A DNA stretch of 64,000 nt, from the NCBI RefSeq assembly GCF_964204645.1, contig NC_134031.1, positions 1,488,001-1,552,000 on the forward strand, given 5' to 3'. Within the stretch, counting starts at the first letter, position 1. Each line of letters starts with the position of its first letter. Shown here piece after piece: positions 36,501-54,200 of this stretch. The position numbers were made by a program, and so were the translations under genes. Origin of the DNA: Tubulanus polymorphus. Its lineage: Eukaryota; Animalia; Nemertea. The notes below the pieces were generated by a model that was given only the letters and a program-made list of their open reading frames with translations, made no database searches and was not told the origin of the DNA.

Positions 36501-39500
36501 CCGATACGTGGTGAGCAGACGGAACGTGACCGGTCGAGAACTGAACCGGCGTCGGAGAATCGGAATACAAGTTCAGTTTAGCACCTAATCTCAACTGATC
36601 GATCGTTACCTGAAAAACAACACAAAATTCATTTCATAATAATAATCTTACGTATATAGCTCACTCCTATAAATTATAATCAGTATGATTTACATCGGTT
36701 TTCTAGATAAACATGAGCTGATTAGAAAAATGATTTAAATAAAACACTTTGAGCATAAATAATACTTAAAATTAACAGGGCCCGTATTTATAGACTGGTA
36801 TAACTTTTAACCCGGGGGTTAATACAATTCATTGTCAATTAAGTTAGCCCCCCCCCCCCGGTTAAAGGTAATACCAGTCTATAAAACCGGGCCCAGGTGA
36901 CTAAGATTAATAACAGTCCTTTTTCTTTAAAAAAAAACTTAGTTTTCAAATTCTTCTTAAAACGTTGAATTGATTTACTTTATCTAATACTTAAGGGCAG
37001 TTGGTTCAAAAAGACAGGTGCTATAAATCTATATGCCCTGTCACCTCTTTTAGACTGGTTTAACTGGGCCTACTAAATGACTTGTCTAAAACAAACTGTG
37101 TAATTGGAATTTAACATGGATGTTGTGTATATTATTGGATGATTATGTGGAAAATTTTGTGTTTAATTAGAAATTTGATACGTGTATCAAAAAACACAGA
37201 GGAATGATAAATGAGTTTTAGAAATCAGTGATAATTTGACCTGACGACACGTGACATGTGACACACCGACCGACCGACCGTTATTAAGAATTTGTTTCGC
37301 TTGCTTGAACTAACAGTAAAATCACATAAAGTGTAGATTTAATTTTCAAAAGACGAAGACAAACTGTATGTACATATGTGATAAATGAAGCGAATGCTTT
37401 TGAAAGGAATTCGGATTATAAACGAACAATGTCGTGAGCTGCCTTATACCGACCAGTACACTGTTCACATAGCTGCCCGGTTTGTGTCGTTAGCTGGCTG
37501 AATTTCAAATTCATTTCGTCTTCGCAGCAAATGTACATTGAAATATGGGCAAAGTCATTAAATATAGCGAACACCTTACTTCAACTTATCAACACACAAA
37601 CACCATACAAACTGAATGATTTCAAATGAAATTTTTTAAATATCTAAACATAACTTGTCCCCCCTTTAACCAACTGCATCCAGTTCCACATGTCTTACCT
37701 CAGTTTGACTCTGGAGTCATGAATTTTGGAACTGAATTCCCGGGTATAAGTCTAATATGATCGATCTGATTTCTGATTGACAATGTGGGTTTTATATCAC
37801 GCTACATCAACTGCTACTAATGTCTATTTCAACTATGCTTCAGAAGACGTTGGGTGGCCCTAGCTCAGTCAGTTTTGGTGGTACGATGTACATACCTGAT
37901 ATACGTGTCAATAGGACCAGTACAATTATGGGCAGTTGAATTAAAACATCTATTCTTAATCCATTTATACTGTATTGAAGGATTGCAAAAGAGTCTTCAT
38001 TGAAAAGGGTTGAAGAGAGAAAAGTAACCCGACACCCTCTCGAGCCGGGTTGAAATAAACATTTAGTCTAAATTGATTTCGTCAGACTTACCTCGGCTAA
38101 TGCATATTTCGTAAGTAATTTATCGTAATCATCCTGTAATTGTTGAATGACTTCGTCTTGTTGTTTTCTCGTGTGACCCTCCGCTTTCAGACGTTTGCGT
38201 AAATCACGCTGCGTTACGTCTAAATCGGACTCGGAGTTTTCGCCGGCTAGCGCCGTTTTATCTAAATCTAAATTCGGAACTCGTTGCTGCGATCCGCCGC
38301 CGCCGCTGCTCCTAGTTTTCATCGGCCCCGTTTTAGATTCATTCTTCGGTTGCGATCGTATTTTATAAGACGACGGCGTCGTCAACGGGTCGGATTTCTT
38401 TTTTGGCGGAGATTTCTTCGTCGTTTTATTGTCCTTTTTCGCGCTCTTTTTCGCCGGGGTACCCTTACTACCGTCCGAGTCGGACGCGTGCGAACTCACC
38501 TGACCGCCCGCGTTCTTACCGGTTTCCGTCGGTTTCAATTTCAAATTCGGTATCAAACTATCGCGAGAACCGCGTCGAGAACCGCCGCGACTCAGGTTTA
38601 AACTCTGTTGCGAATTCGATCGCGATCTCGCCGGAGACTGACCCGGTGTACGTCGTTTCAACTGCGGGATTTTACTCAAACTCGGCGACATACGCCTGGA
38701 TCCGGGCTGCGACCCGTGCCCGGAACGCCCCGAGTGTTCGGCGGGCGACGCTGATTTCGCGTTGTTGTTGAACTCGGTGTTTTCGGTGTTCTGTAAGAAT
38801 TCTCCCAGTACGTCTGCTTCGTCGTTTAAACGTCGTCGTTCGGCCTCGATGTGACGCTGAACTTCGGTCGCTTCGAATTCGATCAACGAATGAGCGATAT
38901 CTCCGGCGTGACTGATCTCGGCTTCGTTCTCCGCGTGTTCTAACATCTGTTGTTTAATCAGCTGATCGACGGTTTCCGCGCCGTCCTCGCCGCTCTCGAT
39001 GAACGGAATCGACGCTCCGTAATCGATACTCATCGGGAACGCGGAGACCTCGGTTTTCACGGCCGCGACTCGGTCGTCGTCGTCCTCGCGGATATGACTC
39101 ATATCCTGGAATTGATACGGCGGATCTAAATCCGAAGACGGCGATTGTTTTTTCGAGCTCGTTTTCGGAGATGGCGCCACCGCTGCGTACACGCTGTCCT
39201 GCGACGGTCCTTCCACGTGGATTTCCACCGGTTGAATCATTATTTCATCCTCAGGTTCCGTCGTCGTTCTATTCGTCTCATCGTCTGCGAATTCGTTCTC
39301 CGGCTCCGACGCCGCGACTCGTTCGTTCGCGACCTCCGGCTCCGCTTCACCTTGAGAATTCAGGTATTTATCGAGGAATCCTTCGTCGCGATCGTTAACG
39401 GTAGGATTCACGTGACGACCATTCGGAACGCGTTGATCGGGCGACGGATCGCGATCGTAACGCTCGAGATTCGCGACCTCCAGATCCATCTGATCCTCGT

Positions 39501-41179
39501 CGGCCGACGTGTCGCGACCTTCCTCTGACTCGGAGCGCATATCGACGGAGACGGCCGACGATCGGATGATCGCGTCGATCACCGCCTCCGATTCACGTTT
39601 CAGTTCATCGATCGGGGAATCGAGATCGACGCGTTGTTGTCGCTGCTGCTGTAACGCCGGTACCGGCGGAGACTGCGACGCACGCGGAGATCGTATCGGA
39701 GTCCACGTCTGCGGAGTCGTCGTAGGTGGCGCCACTTCGAATACGCTATTGTTGCCGTGCGACGGCGTGCGTCGTTTCAACAATAACGGATCTAAGAAGT
39801 GATCGTCTTGCGGATCGGAATGTTCCTGCGAACTCTGCGTTTTCGTTCCGTCGCGACTATCCGGAGCAGACGCCGCATGCTGGTGCTCGAGGTAATTATG
39901 AGGATTCACAGACCTCAACGACTCTTCGAAATACGAGATTTCCTTCGTCGAGTAATCGCTGAGATTCAGACTCTTCTCGTCGAGGGGGTGCGTGCCGTCC
40001 GATAGGAACTCCGGTGCTGATAACGCCGGTTTATTAAACGGATCCGATAGTTTATTAGACGGAGTACGTCCGATACCGGAGTCGGTGTGCTGTGTTAGAT
40101 ACGGTAACGGTTGACTGCTATCCTGATATATACCATTCTCATCCAGCGGGATTCCTGCAAGGCACGACCAAATCAAATCTATCAATCAAATGTTCGAAAC
40201 CGATGGGAGATTAATGAGCTTAAGTAATTTTTGCGGCCAGAAGCAATAAATATTGGGAAATCACTATCAATTCCGTTCACATCACATCAATATTTTATAG
40301 TCATCAATAATATGAATATTTAGCAGGATATAAATGATTGCAGCGCAGGACGTTATAGATCAGAGAATCATTGAAAAACACATCGTTAATCAATCAATAA
40401 TTTCTATATGAAGTGATTTCCTATTTAATATTGATCTGTAATGAATCGATATATTCCATTAATAGCTACGTGTATTTCATGAGCAAAGAAATCTAGTTGA
40501 GACCAAAAGTAAATACGTTTTGTTTATTGACTCTGAGGTCTTATGAAAATATTCACTAATCACGGAACTGAGCCGCGCACTGAGTATACATATAATGATT
40601 ATTGTTGGAATACATGAAATTCCTGTGACGGTGCAAAACACTTGATAATGAATAGAGACCGGCGCAGGCGGAGCTAGTCTAGGTTCATCTGAGAGGAAAT
40701 AATATGTTTACGCAGGCCTCCAGTTGGGATTCCTACTAAGTTACCAAACTTCTTTGATAACAAAAACCTGTTTGTCATGACAAATATCTAAAAGTTTGAC
40801 ATAAGAAGAGTTATGGAAATAAATACCGCACATTTTTTGGAAAATCTGATCTGACTTCAAATAAATTTGAGTTTCGCTTTTCTTGAAACTGTGAATCCAG
40901 TTCTACAGTTACGAGTTTACTAAACTCTTGTTCATTTTTAGAGTTAACTCTAATTGAATTTTTAGCTCACAGCTGTGGAACAGGATCCTCATTCTGCATC
41001 AAATTTGAGTTTCCCTTGGCCTTATTCTTTAAACTCTTGATCTGATTTATTAAGTTAAAAACATTAAACTTTCCACAGCAAAGAACTCGAAACTCACCGG
41101 AACTTTGTCGACGCCGAAGATCTTGAAGAATTCCGTCTTCATCGACATCAAAGTCGTCCAGATATCGAAATGAAGCCAT
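27530..41179 (-). CDS. AKNA: AKNA-family microtubule-organising/centrosomal protein (~17 coding exons)
   Basis: Exons include 41179-41098, 40154-38092, 36609-~36402 and ~30454-28893, ending QQLYV* at 27530. The splice junction gives QQLQDDYDKLLTKYALAE|VTIDQLRLGAKLNLYSD, closely resembling the vertebrate AKNA motif QLQEDYHRLLTKYAEAENTIDQLRLGAKVNLFSD (recalled). Coiled-coil exons follow. Confidence 0.8.
35092..35168 (+). repeat. 12-bp tandem repeat beside an AKNA splice donor
   Basis: About 6 copies of CTACTGTAGGAT-like unit. Confidence 0.8.
36039..36326. mobile_element. Dispersed element, second copy ~63330..63565
   Basis: CAGTGTT...AACACTG ends. Shared GGCTGCT.AA...AGCAA.GCTTTC.ATCC.CCCAAAAATACAGA and TGGATG.AAAAATGAAAGGGG...GCCCCT.TAAAACCTGT.G.GGA.AACACTGA. 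Confidence 0.65.
36779..36893. mobile_element. Harbinger-like MITE, CAG TSD
   Basis: CAG|GGCCCG..TTTATAGACTGGTAT...ATACCAGTCTATAAAACCGGGCC|CAG. Confidence 0.75.
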
Positions 41180-44100
41180 AATTTATTTGAACCCTTTTTA
41201 TCACAACATATCATAGAACTTTACATCCTGAAATATGAATATAAAACTAATTGTCACAATCATTTAGAAAGAGTGAGTGAAATCAATGTGTGATTCAGAG
41301 TGCACAAGTTACTTGACATTTCTTGAATAAAATACATTTACATCATCTGAAAAATCAGCACTTCGAAAACTTAGATTTTACGTCTTAAGAGAAATGATTT
41401 TACCTTTGAGAAAAACAACTTTGCTCAGGAAAAACTCATTATTAATCCATTAAGAAATATTTCAATTCCATTTTTATGAATTCGCTATTTTAACGACCAA
41501 AGCGCAAATAACTGCTTAAATCGAAAAACGTTTTAAAATCGTTAATATTTCGCAGGGAACTTCGTTAATTTCCCAAATCAGTTTAATTCCACTTGACACG
41601 ACAAACAGCGCATAGCGAATAGCTGAATACCTGTGCTAGATCAGTGAAACATGAATTGACTTGCGCAGTACACTTAAAGGTTCTTTATGACACCGGGCCA
41701 CGCACATAGACAATTACACACTGGACTCCTGCCAATCAGTACATACTGATCCTGTATTGTCAAAAAATCAGTTATTTACAAATTATGATGACTACTCACT
41801 TGAAATTAGCGGTCGCTTTGTAATTAATGAAATTATAGCCATAGGGGAAATCGGTGGTTGGCCTGATGTTTGGCCTGGAGTATTTGTGGTTTTAAATCGC
41901 CCAGGGGCGATTCCGATCCATGTCAACTCATATACTATCTCGATCATAGAAAAAATAGTGTTTAAGAATTATTTGGGAAAATGAGAAATTCACAATTCAT
42001 TGAAGACAGTGAACTGTCTTGGGAGACTCGATGAAGTATTTCCCAAGAAAACTTTAGTCAACATTGTCGTGTTATGTCAAAGTTATGAGAAAAAAGTAGT
42101 GAATTGTGTAAAGATTGACAGACATGCACTGATTGAGCCAACCTACCTAGGTTAACATAATAGTGGAAGAGCCGTGTACTCAAACAGGGAGAAAAGATTA
42201 AATGATAAAAAACCCCTGATTTCTTAATAATAAATCATGCTTCTAGATTTGTACGTAATGAGTTTTTATCATATAGTTCTGTCTTCATTCTATGGGAGAG
42301 AGATTATTCAATTTCTTCTGAATTATTAATTACTCTATAAAACTGAGTTTTTATAGAACTCTAAAACGAATAGTAAATCAATGCTAATTGAATCCTATAA
42401 CCTGTGTGTTAGAATAGAAATGTTTATGACACGTTTGATTGGAACGCCTCAAAACAATTCATTCACACTTCAATCCTTTCAGACAAATACTGAACTACTG
42501 TTTAACCAGGGAAGTGTCTCATCACACTTCCCTGGTTTAACCAACAACAATATAAGGAGATTAGTTATCATTTTAACCACAACAGAAACCATAACAAAAT
42601 CATCATGATTGAGCAAAGCCAACAAGGCACCTCCCCGGTTAAAACCCCAAAATTAACACAGTTTTGCCTAAAAAAAAATCTATAAAACCTGAAGTACTCT
42701 GATTCTTAAAGGGTTGATTGCTAAATAATATAGAATTCCTCAAAATTCTTATAAAATACCTCATTTACCCAGCACAATGACAAAGTAACTTTAACCTAGA
42801 CCCATTTTCATGAAAAAGAGTTCAACTCAACTTTTGGTTCAATCATGAATTTATTAAACCAGATTAGGCCTATACGTCCATGGTTTAATTGCAATCAAGA
42901 CCTACTTCACAATGAACAATTTCAACTAAACCAATTTAAACATAAACTTTCTCATACTGAAACCCTTAACTTAAAATTCAGCGTCTAAAACAGAATAAGA
43001 CCTATTCCTATAATTTTTTTCCTTTTAAAGAACTTTTGAACCAGGCTGATTAAAATCTAAGCCTTCCTTACCCGACAAAGTATAACATTCACTCTGTCAA
43101 CAATCTATTCTCAGAGATCAAGTCTTGATTTCTGACTTAAAGAAAACAGGCAAAACTCACTCTTCAATAGAAAGCAGCTAAATTTGGCCTAATTAGTGCG
43201 TCCTGGTAGAACAGACTATGAAAACAGCTTTTCAACGCATAAAAAATACACACACACACTATAGAGGGTATACATTCTAAAGGAATTCTAATCGGAAATT
43301 CAATAGGAAAGATTTTTAATAGAATACCCGTAGAGCGCGAGTAGTCATTGTGACAGTGACGACAGCTACTAGCTTCAATAGAAAAATTCTATATATGCAA
43401 ATATCACTCAAGGGAATCCACGCTAATCTTTATCTAGGATTCTAGCTAGGGGTAGGCCGAAATATTAATTTGCATTCAGATAAACTTTAAGGTAGGCTAT
43501 CCAATCCAAGCTAAGCTGAGAAAGAATTCAACTACTTTATCAATAATTCATAATCCTTGTTCCTCTATATAAGGAATGCATTTTGAAATTGTTTCTGTGC
43601 TTTTGGCCCCAAAGTCAACGACTCGAAAGTTGAAAAAGAGAGGCTTTTTACCATTTAGTTTTTGGCCTAATCTTGTACATTATTTCTTAATTTTTAAGTA
43701 AATACGATAAGAATATACTATACCTAATCATTTCAACAGTTTTAAGACGGCAAACACATGTAAAGCGTCGTAGAATTCAAAATATATCCAATAACCCAAA
43801 TTTCTATTTTTTGATTTCCCGTCTTATACCGCATCACCACCTGGCGTCAAAAATCGGCATCACTTTATTTTCGACGATCCTGGTTCAAAAACAACTCTTC
43901 TAAATGTTTATTTTAGATTAATTTTCATCATCGTCGATTCTTACTGGTATTGATTATCAGCGAAGATGTCATTTTTGGCGCCGATTCGTCGTAATTTCCT
44001 GAAAGTTTCGCGTCACGTCGTCGCGGTCGGAAAGTATAATTTTAGTATCAGCCAGGGTCGTTGTGTGGAGGTCACTGATAAACGGTCTACAAGCTCCTCG

Positions 44101-44397
44101 GTTCCAGGTAAATAAACCTCTTATATCTGCTAAAATAAACGTCTTGAAGCGTGAATTAATCGTGCACTATGTAAAAGAAATGTTAAACTAGTGTTGCCGA
44201 TGTTCGATTCTGCTCGAAATTGTTTTTGTTTGGAGAATTTCCACTTCAAATGATGCCGGTTTTTGACCTTGTCACTGACACTGAAACGGTGACATCCTGC
44301 TGGCCCAGCCTCAGCTGGCCGGCTCTGTCGTATGTCGCTGTTTGTCTGCTTCTTAAAGTCAGCCTTGTTTGTATATTTTGCAGTTAACGTTGTGAAG

Positions 44398-48051
<3,654 letters not shown>

Positions 48052-48933
48052 ATCTTCATCTCGTCGATTACTCCCTGGTACTCATAGAGTACTCACTCAC
48101 ACACAGACGAGACAGTACTCACTCATATCATCAGCTATCTAGCGATATATGTATTACAACAATACAAACTAACGTTTTTTCAGTCATTTCTAGAGATTAA
48201 TTAGAAATATGTTTAGAATGGAAGAAAAGTATTTTAAAAAATCAACTCGTTTAATTTAGATATAGTAATATTTACTACTCAGGATTTTTCTGATAAGATC
48301 GTGATGTATTTGGAATAGTTCTAGTTTCTTACATTCAGATTATTTCAATCTACTAGTAGAATGCTCAATGATTTATTTATTGAAATTCCTGGTAGCTTTA
48401 ACGTGTTGTAGTAAATTGTTTTTGAAGTTGGTAAATATCGATACTGAAGTGATGAGTGTCTCCGAAAACATTCAACAGTCGGTTGATATTAGGCCATCTT
48501 GATCTTAACATCGTAAACTGTGAAAGATCGTTGTAAGATTCTGTGATAAGGAATTTAAGATTGTTTCCATCAGAATCGTGTTGTCTATATATAGTATCTA
48601 GTTAGTAGTTAGTGCTGCTGTAGGGAGTATTTTGTATGTATATAATATGTGTTGTTTTATCCTTCAAATTATGCTTTAACGATACTATTCTTAGGGAAAA
48701 TGGTCACAAACTGTTCCATTCGTCCGCGGAAATGGTTTTCCAATGGAAAGATTTGAAATGTGCTCCGTTGAAGTTTTGAATTCACTGTTTTGGTGCATTA
48801 TAATAATGACACACAATGTTGTATAGTAATTATAATATGATTATAATTAAAGCTATTAATATAAATCAGTAATTCGTTACTGTACAGGAGGATATCTAAT
48901 ACTACCGAAATCAGAGATATAGTTAATGACCTG

Positions 48934-49053
48934 GATCCAGTTCCACAGTTCTGAGTTAAGATTAGACTCAGAGTTAACTCTAACTCACAACTGTGGAACT
49001 GGGTCCTGAGTTCACAGTTAACTCTAACTCACAACTGTGGAACTGGGTCCTGA
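48934..49053. mobile_element. Harbinger-like mini-MITE (48934..49005, CTG TSD) with duplicated right arm
   Basis: CTG|GATCCAGTTCCACAGTT...AACTGTGGAACTGGGTC|CTG; the right ~38 bp is repeated immediately downstream. Confidence 0.7.
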
Positions 49054-49488
49054 GGATCATTGTTAAACCTACTCTCTACTCGACTGTCATGTGCTTATTT
49101 ACCTTTGCTTTCGAACATTTCTATATTTATGTTGCCCGTTCAGATTAATAAACTGATAAAACTTATTAAGTAGGATAAGCTTATTTTGGATTTTTTTGAT
49201 TCATCGTTGGTTTTACTGGAATCGTTGTAAAGGTGGAAGTGCTGCAACAGCTAGTGGTTGTTAGCCGAAGTTGAGAAGTTGAGAAAGATGACTATGCCCC
49301 GGATTGATGATCAAGCACTGTAGCTCAAGAGGAGGTCTGATACCCCGAAGGAATTACTGTTACAAGCTTATCACAGCAAGTGGAATTCAAAACTAAGGAT
49401 GGAGGCTTGATGGGTTGGTGCGTTATTGAACCAAACAAAAACTTCAATTATCGAAAAATGATGATAGTGATATGACAATCAATAACCT

Positions 49489-49548
49489 TAGATTTGAACC
49501 TCCAACCTTTAACTTGCCAGTCAAGTGTGCTAACCACTAGACCACCAA
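49489..49548 (-). mobile_element. tRNA-derived SINE head or tRNA pseudogene fragment
   Basis: Minus strand GGTGGTCTAGTGGTTAGCACACTTGACTGGCAAGTTAAAGGTTGGAGGTTCAAATCT has A-box and B-box at tRNA spacing, but no intact acceptor stem. Confidence 0.55.
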
Positions 49549-51274
49549 GTTGTAGCAATTGTCAGGGTTTGAAAGTTTGATTTGAATGCTAATAGTGTGG
49601 CGAGTGTTATGTCAATGACCAGTCAGAAATGACCAGTGAGGTGCGACTGCTCTACTCAATGGTGGTGTTTGGTCTCATTCAACACCACGGCACCATTCCC
49701 CTCTGGGGCCGGTTCAGACTTAACACCAAGGCCATGTTACTTCTATGGAGATTCTAATAACTGAAGACCATTCCTTAAGATTGAAGATTAATTTTGGACT
49801 AAAGTCTCAACTATGGAACAGGCACCTGAGTTTTAGAGTTGGATTCTCCTTGAATGATAGATTGAAAACAAACATGTATTACTTTTTTATCCATAAAATA
49901 ATATATGTATATTTATTTTCTCAAAGGTTTTTTTTTCATTTCAATGGCATAAACTTTTTATAACCAATAAAACAGTGAAGAGCAGTTGTCATGCATAAGC
50001 AAAAATGGCAGCAGAAGTCAGAAAAATTTCATTTTTTATAAAAGATCTTCTATATTACACGTAGGACTGAACTATCAGTATAAAATCCATCATAAATCTC
50101 AAATTACAACACCGATATAAATACTAAATTGTTTAATCTTAGAATCAAAAACTTTCAACTTTTTTATAAAAAATCTGATGCCAAACTTGTCAGAAATCAT
50201 GCAAACATTGAGAACAATATTGGAAGATTTTTTTTCAACAATAAAAACATACAAATTAAACAACAACAAAATAACGATTTCATCAAATTTCAAATTACAG
50301 GCCACGTATAGACATCAGTCGTAATTAATTGATCACCACAAAAAGGAAAGTTATTTTAGATTTTTACCTAGAATACAAAAATGGTAATTAAAAATACTTC
50401 AGCTTTTTAAACTGACAAATTTTTTGCATAGGTCGTGTAAAATACCTGGCCTCTTACTGGCCGTAGAAAACTTATATCTTTTTAATTTGTAAATATTAAA
50501 ACTACAAATATTATCCAAAGTTATCCGCGTGCAACAGTAACAGGGAATTGTTACTTCATTTAAAACTTCATAAGTTGAAATTGTTTCTATAGAACATCAG
50601 TGACGAGTATTGAAATTTTTCTGCTAATCTGGATCGTTAAAAGATTACTCATCGACTAGATTTAAAGTAGCAATGAGTATAAGGTATAAAAGTAATCTAT
50701 TATGCCTATTTACACAAGAGCCAAGTCATGTACATTGTTTAGTATTTTTCATAGTAAAGCTCTATTTTTTATCCATCAGATACTCGCTAATTAGAGACTT
50801 ATTATATTAATTCTTTCGAACAGCAACGATTAGGACCAGTTTTATAGTTCTTTAAAACTCGGGCCAGTTCTGCAGCCCAGTCCGAAACATGCTACACTAT
50901 AAAACTGAGCCCAAAGCGCGTGTCAGACATCACAGCACCAATACAAATATCAGAATAATTAATTCCTATCTTTGATAATACTTTCTATTCATATTTATAC
51001 ATATTTATAATATGTCTTCTCTTTTGAAACAAATTACATTATTTACATCCTGGTGGCCTATTCATAAACTAACTTGTAGAAAATTATGTACACATTCTTT
51101 GAGCAGGGAGTGACTTTATGAAAGTTATTAGTATTACTATAGTATCTTGAGTATTACTGACGTGACCTTTTGATGACCTGAACTGCTACATCATAATTCA
51201 ATCACAGCCTTATAAAAGCAAAAAAAATCAAAACAGCAAAATATCAAGATGACATAATTCCATATTCGCGATCG

Positions 51275-54200
51275 TTAACTTTTCGACGGCTGAGGATTTT
51301 CATTTTGTTGCTGAGCAATTTTCAGTAAATGTAGTTGGTCTTCTTGTAATTTCTGTAAAGTTTTCTCACGTTTTGAAACGTGTTGATCGAGTGTTTCATA
51401 CTTCGACGCGTAATGCTCCATCATTTCATGGTCCCGAGCTTGTACTTTTTTATTTTGCGCGGCCAAACTGAAAATAGACAGCATCGACGTGAAAATCATC
51501 ATCATAGTTAAAGCTGAAGTTGAAATCATGAATTCAATGAATTACAAACCGGAGTTTCTTTAGTTGAACGATTTCGCGCTTGGTTTTTCGAATTTCCAGA
51601 TTAACATCCTCTGAAAAACATTAATTCATTACATTCAATATAATTCTCTATAAAAGTAACTTCTCACGAATTTCACACATAAGTTTCTATTGAAAGTATT
51701 CCGGTTTAGGGACATCCAATCCCGATTATAAACTCTCTACCGGGGCCGCTTCTATCAGGTTTACAGATTACAAACTCTCTACCGGGCGCTTCTATCAGGT
51801 TTACAGATTACAAACTCTCTACCGGGCGCTTCTATCAGGTTTACAGATTACAAACTCTCTACCGGCCGCTTCTATCAGGTTTACAGATTACAAACTCTCT
51901 ACCGGCCGCTTCTATCGGGTTTACAGATTACAAACTCTCTACCGGCCGCTTCTATCAGGTTTACAGATTACAAACTCTCTACTGACCGCTTCTATCAGGT
52001 TTACAGATTACTAACTCTCTACCGACCGCTTCTATCAGGTTTACAGATTATGCTATTCCTCAATAGGTAAGGTGTATTCTGGTCAAAGCAAACGATGATT
52101 CCAGAATCAGTAGAAACCGATCGAAACCTGTCATTATAAGTCTTCAACTTAATGAAACTTTACCTATTTTCTGAAGTCGTTGTTGTTTTTCTTCAGACGT
52201 TTCCTCTTCGTTTTCGAATTCACTTCCCGACGTTTCAACCGTTTGTTTTCTCGTCTCACCGGCCTCGGTCGTCACGCCGACGTTTTGCGGAAATTCGACC
52301 GGATCGTAATCGTCGGAATCTTCGGTCGTCGTCGAAGTCGTCGCCGCCGAGAAACTCGAACGCTCCGATTTCTCCAACAATGACATCTGATCGCACGACG
52401 ACGACGAATCTTCATCGAAACTTAAATCTAAATTGTTTAAAATATCCGAAGTGACGCTTCCGAAACTACAAATACTGAATTTCTTCACGAGTTTACGTTT
52501 CGGAGAATGTTGTTGTTGTTGTTGTTGATTGGAATCACTAACGGCAGACGTCGCTCCGATCAGATCATCGACGTTAAACGTATCGTCGTCCTCGGCGTCC
52601 GCGTAATCGATCTCGATCTGATCGCGATTAGTTCGTTCACTAGAGTCTTTATTCAACACGTTTAACACATTGACCGCACTATCGCGTCGCACGATAATCC
52701 CCGTAGCTTTCATCTCCGTCGTGTCATCGTTATGACGACTATTGTCTAAACTGTTCGCGTCGATATCGTCGTAATCGTGATCGGATAATTCGCTCTCTGC
52801 GATTGGAGCGACGAAACTCATCTTTCGAACCGGTTCCATCTGCTTGGAGTCCTCCTCCGTTTGCTCAGTGGTCTCTGTTATCTTGGAGTTATCCTTTGTC
52901 TGCCCAGAGTTTTCTTCCGTCTGCTCGGAGCTCTCCGAGTCTTTCTGCTGCTCACAATCTGTGGAATGATTGACTTCTACATTGTTATTTTCTACATTTG
53001 TCTCTCCCGGTTCGATCTTTCGAATGTTTCCATCCGATGGTTTCGGAGGTAAGGGTGGCACCGGCGGAGGCGGCAGACGCTTTTTCTCTGTCGAATCGAC
53101 GCTTTTCGATCGTAAATATTTCACGACGATACTCGGCTCGCTCGGTTTAACGCCACGCGGAGGTAACGCCGGCGGCGCAGACGGCGTTTTGTCCTGATCG
53201 GATTTCAGACCGCGTAGATCTTCGATCATTTCGTAATCGTCCTGGTAACAATCATCCGATTGCGCGACACAACCAGCTCCGGCGCTTAATCTATTTTCTA
53301 ATAAAGAATCATCACAATCAATGCCACTGTCTTTTTTACGACCTTCCTGATCTTTATCAACGCTGGAAGATGCAGTTTTTTGAGAATCTTCCACATTTTC
53401 TACAATTTCCACATTATTCCCATTTTTCAAATCATCCCCATTTTCTAGATTATCCACATTTTCCACGACAGTTTGATCGTGTTTATTATTATCACTGATA
53501 TCGTCCCCGGACTGATATCCGGACGCGACCGAATCTCGTTTATCGTTATCACTCGGAACCGAATCGAAAACAACATCGTCACCGACGCTATCTCGATTAC
53601 TCTCTAAAACAGCGCCATCTACGACCGGAAAATCGGTTTCCATCGGCGACGACACAGCGTCGAGATTCTCCAGCGAAAACTGGCGATGTATTTCTAAAAC
53701 GGCGTCGAGTATTTCGTCGTCCTCGGCGTCGTCAACCGCCGGAATGTCGAAATCGGAACTGACCGAAGCTGATTTACTACGAACGCTACTCGAACGCTTC
53801 TTATCAATATCTACCATCGCGTAGGGCGCAACGAGGGGGGTCATTTCAGAATCACAGGGCTCTCCGTCTGCTATGAGAGGGGTCATCTCAGAATCACCGA
53901 GATCCCCGTCTGCAACAAGAGGGGTTGTCTCAGAATCACCGCGATCCCCATCTGCAACAAGAGGGGTCGTCTCAGAATCACCGCGATCCCCATCTGCAAC
54001 AAGAGGGGTCGTCTCAAAATCACCGCGATCCCCGTCAGTTCTATCATCACAATTATCATCAGTTTGTTTTTTACTCTGCACCGCGTCGTATGGAGAAGTC
54101 GAACCAGATTTTCGTTCATCTCGTTCGTCGTCATTGTTGTCACGACGACGTTGTCGCGTTTTTTCGTAGCCGCTGTTCGTTTCATCGGTTTGTTTCGTCG

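Noticed and set aside
37853-37880. tRNA gene (TAGCTCAGTC A-box-like)
   Set aside because: No B-box or cloverleaf downstream.
28857-40005. Many plus-strand ORFs overlapping the large AKNA exons (and likewise at 52152..54327)
   Set aside because: Antisense or alternative-frame shadows of GC/CpG-rich coding exons.
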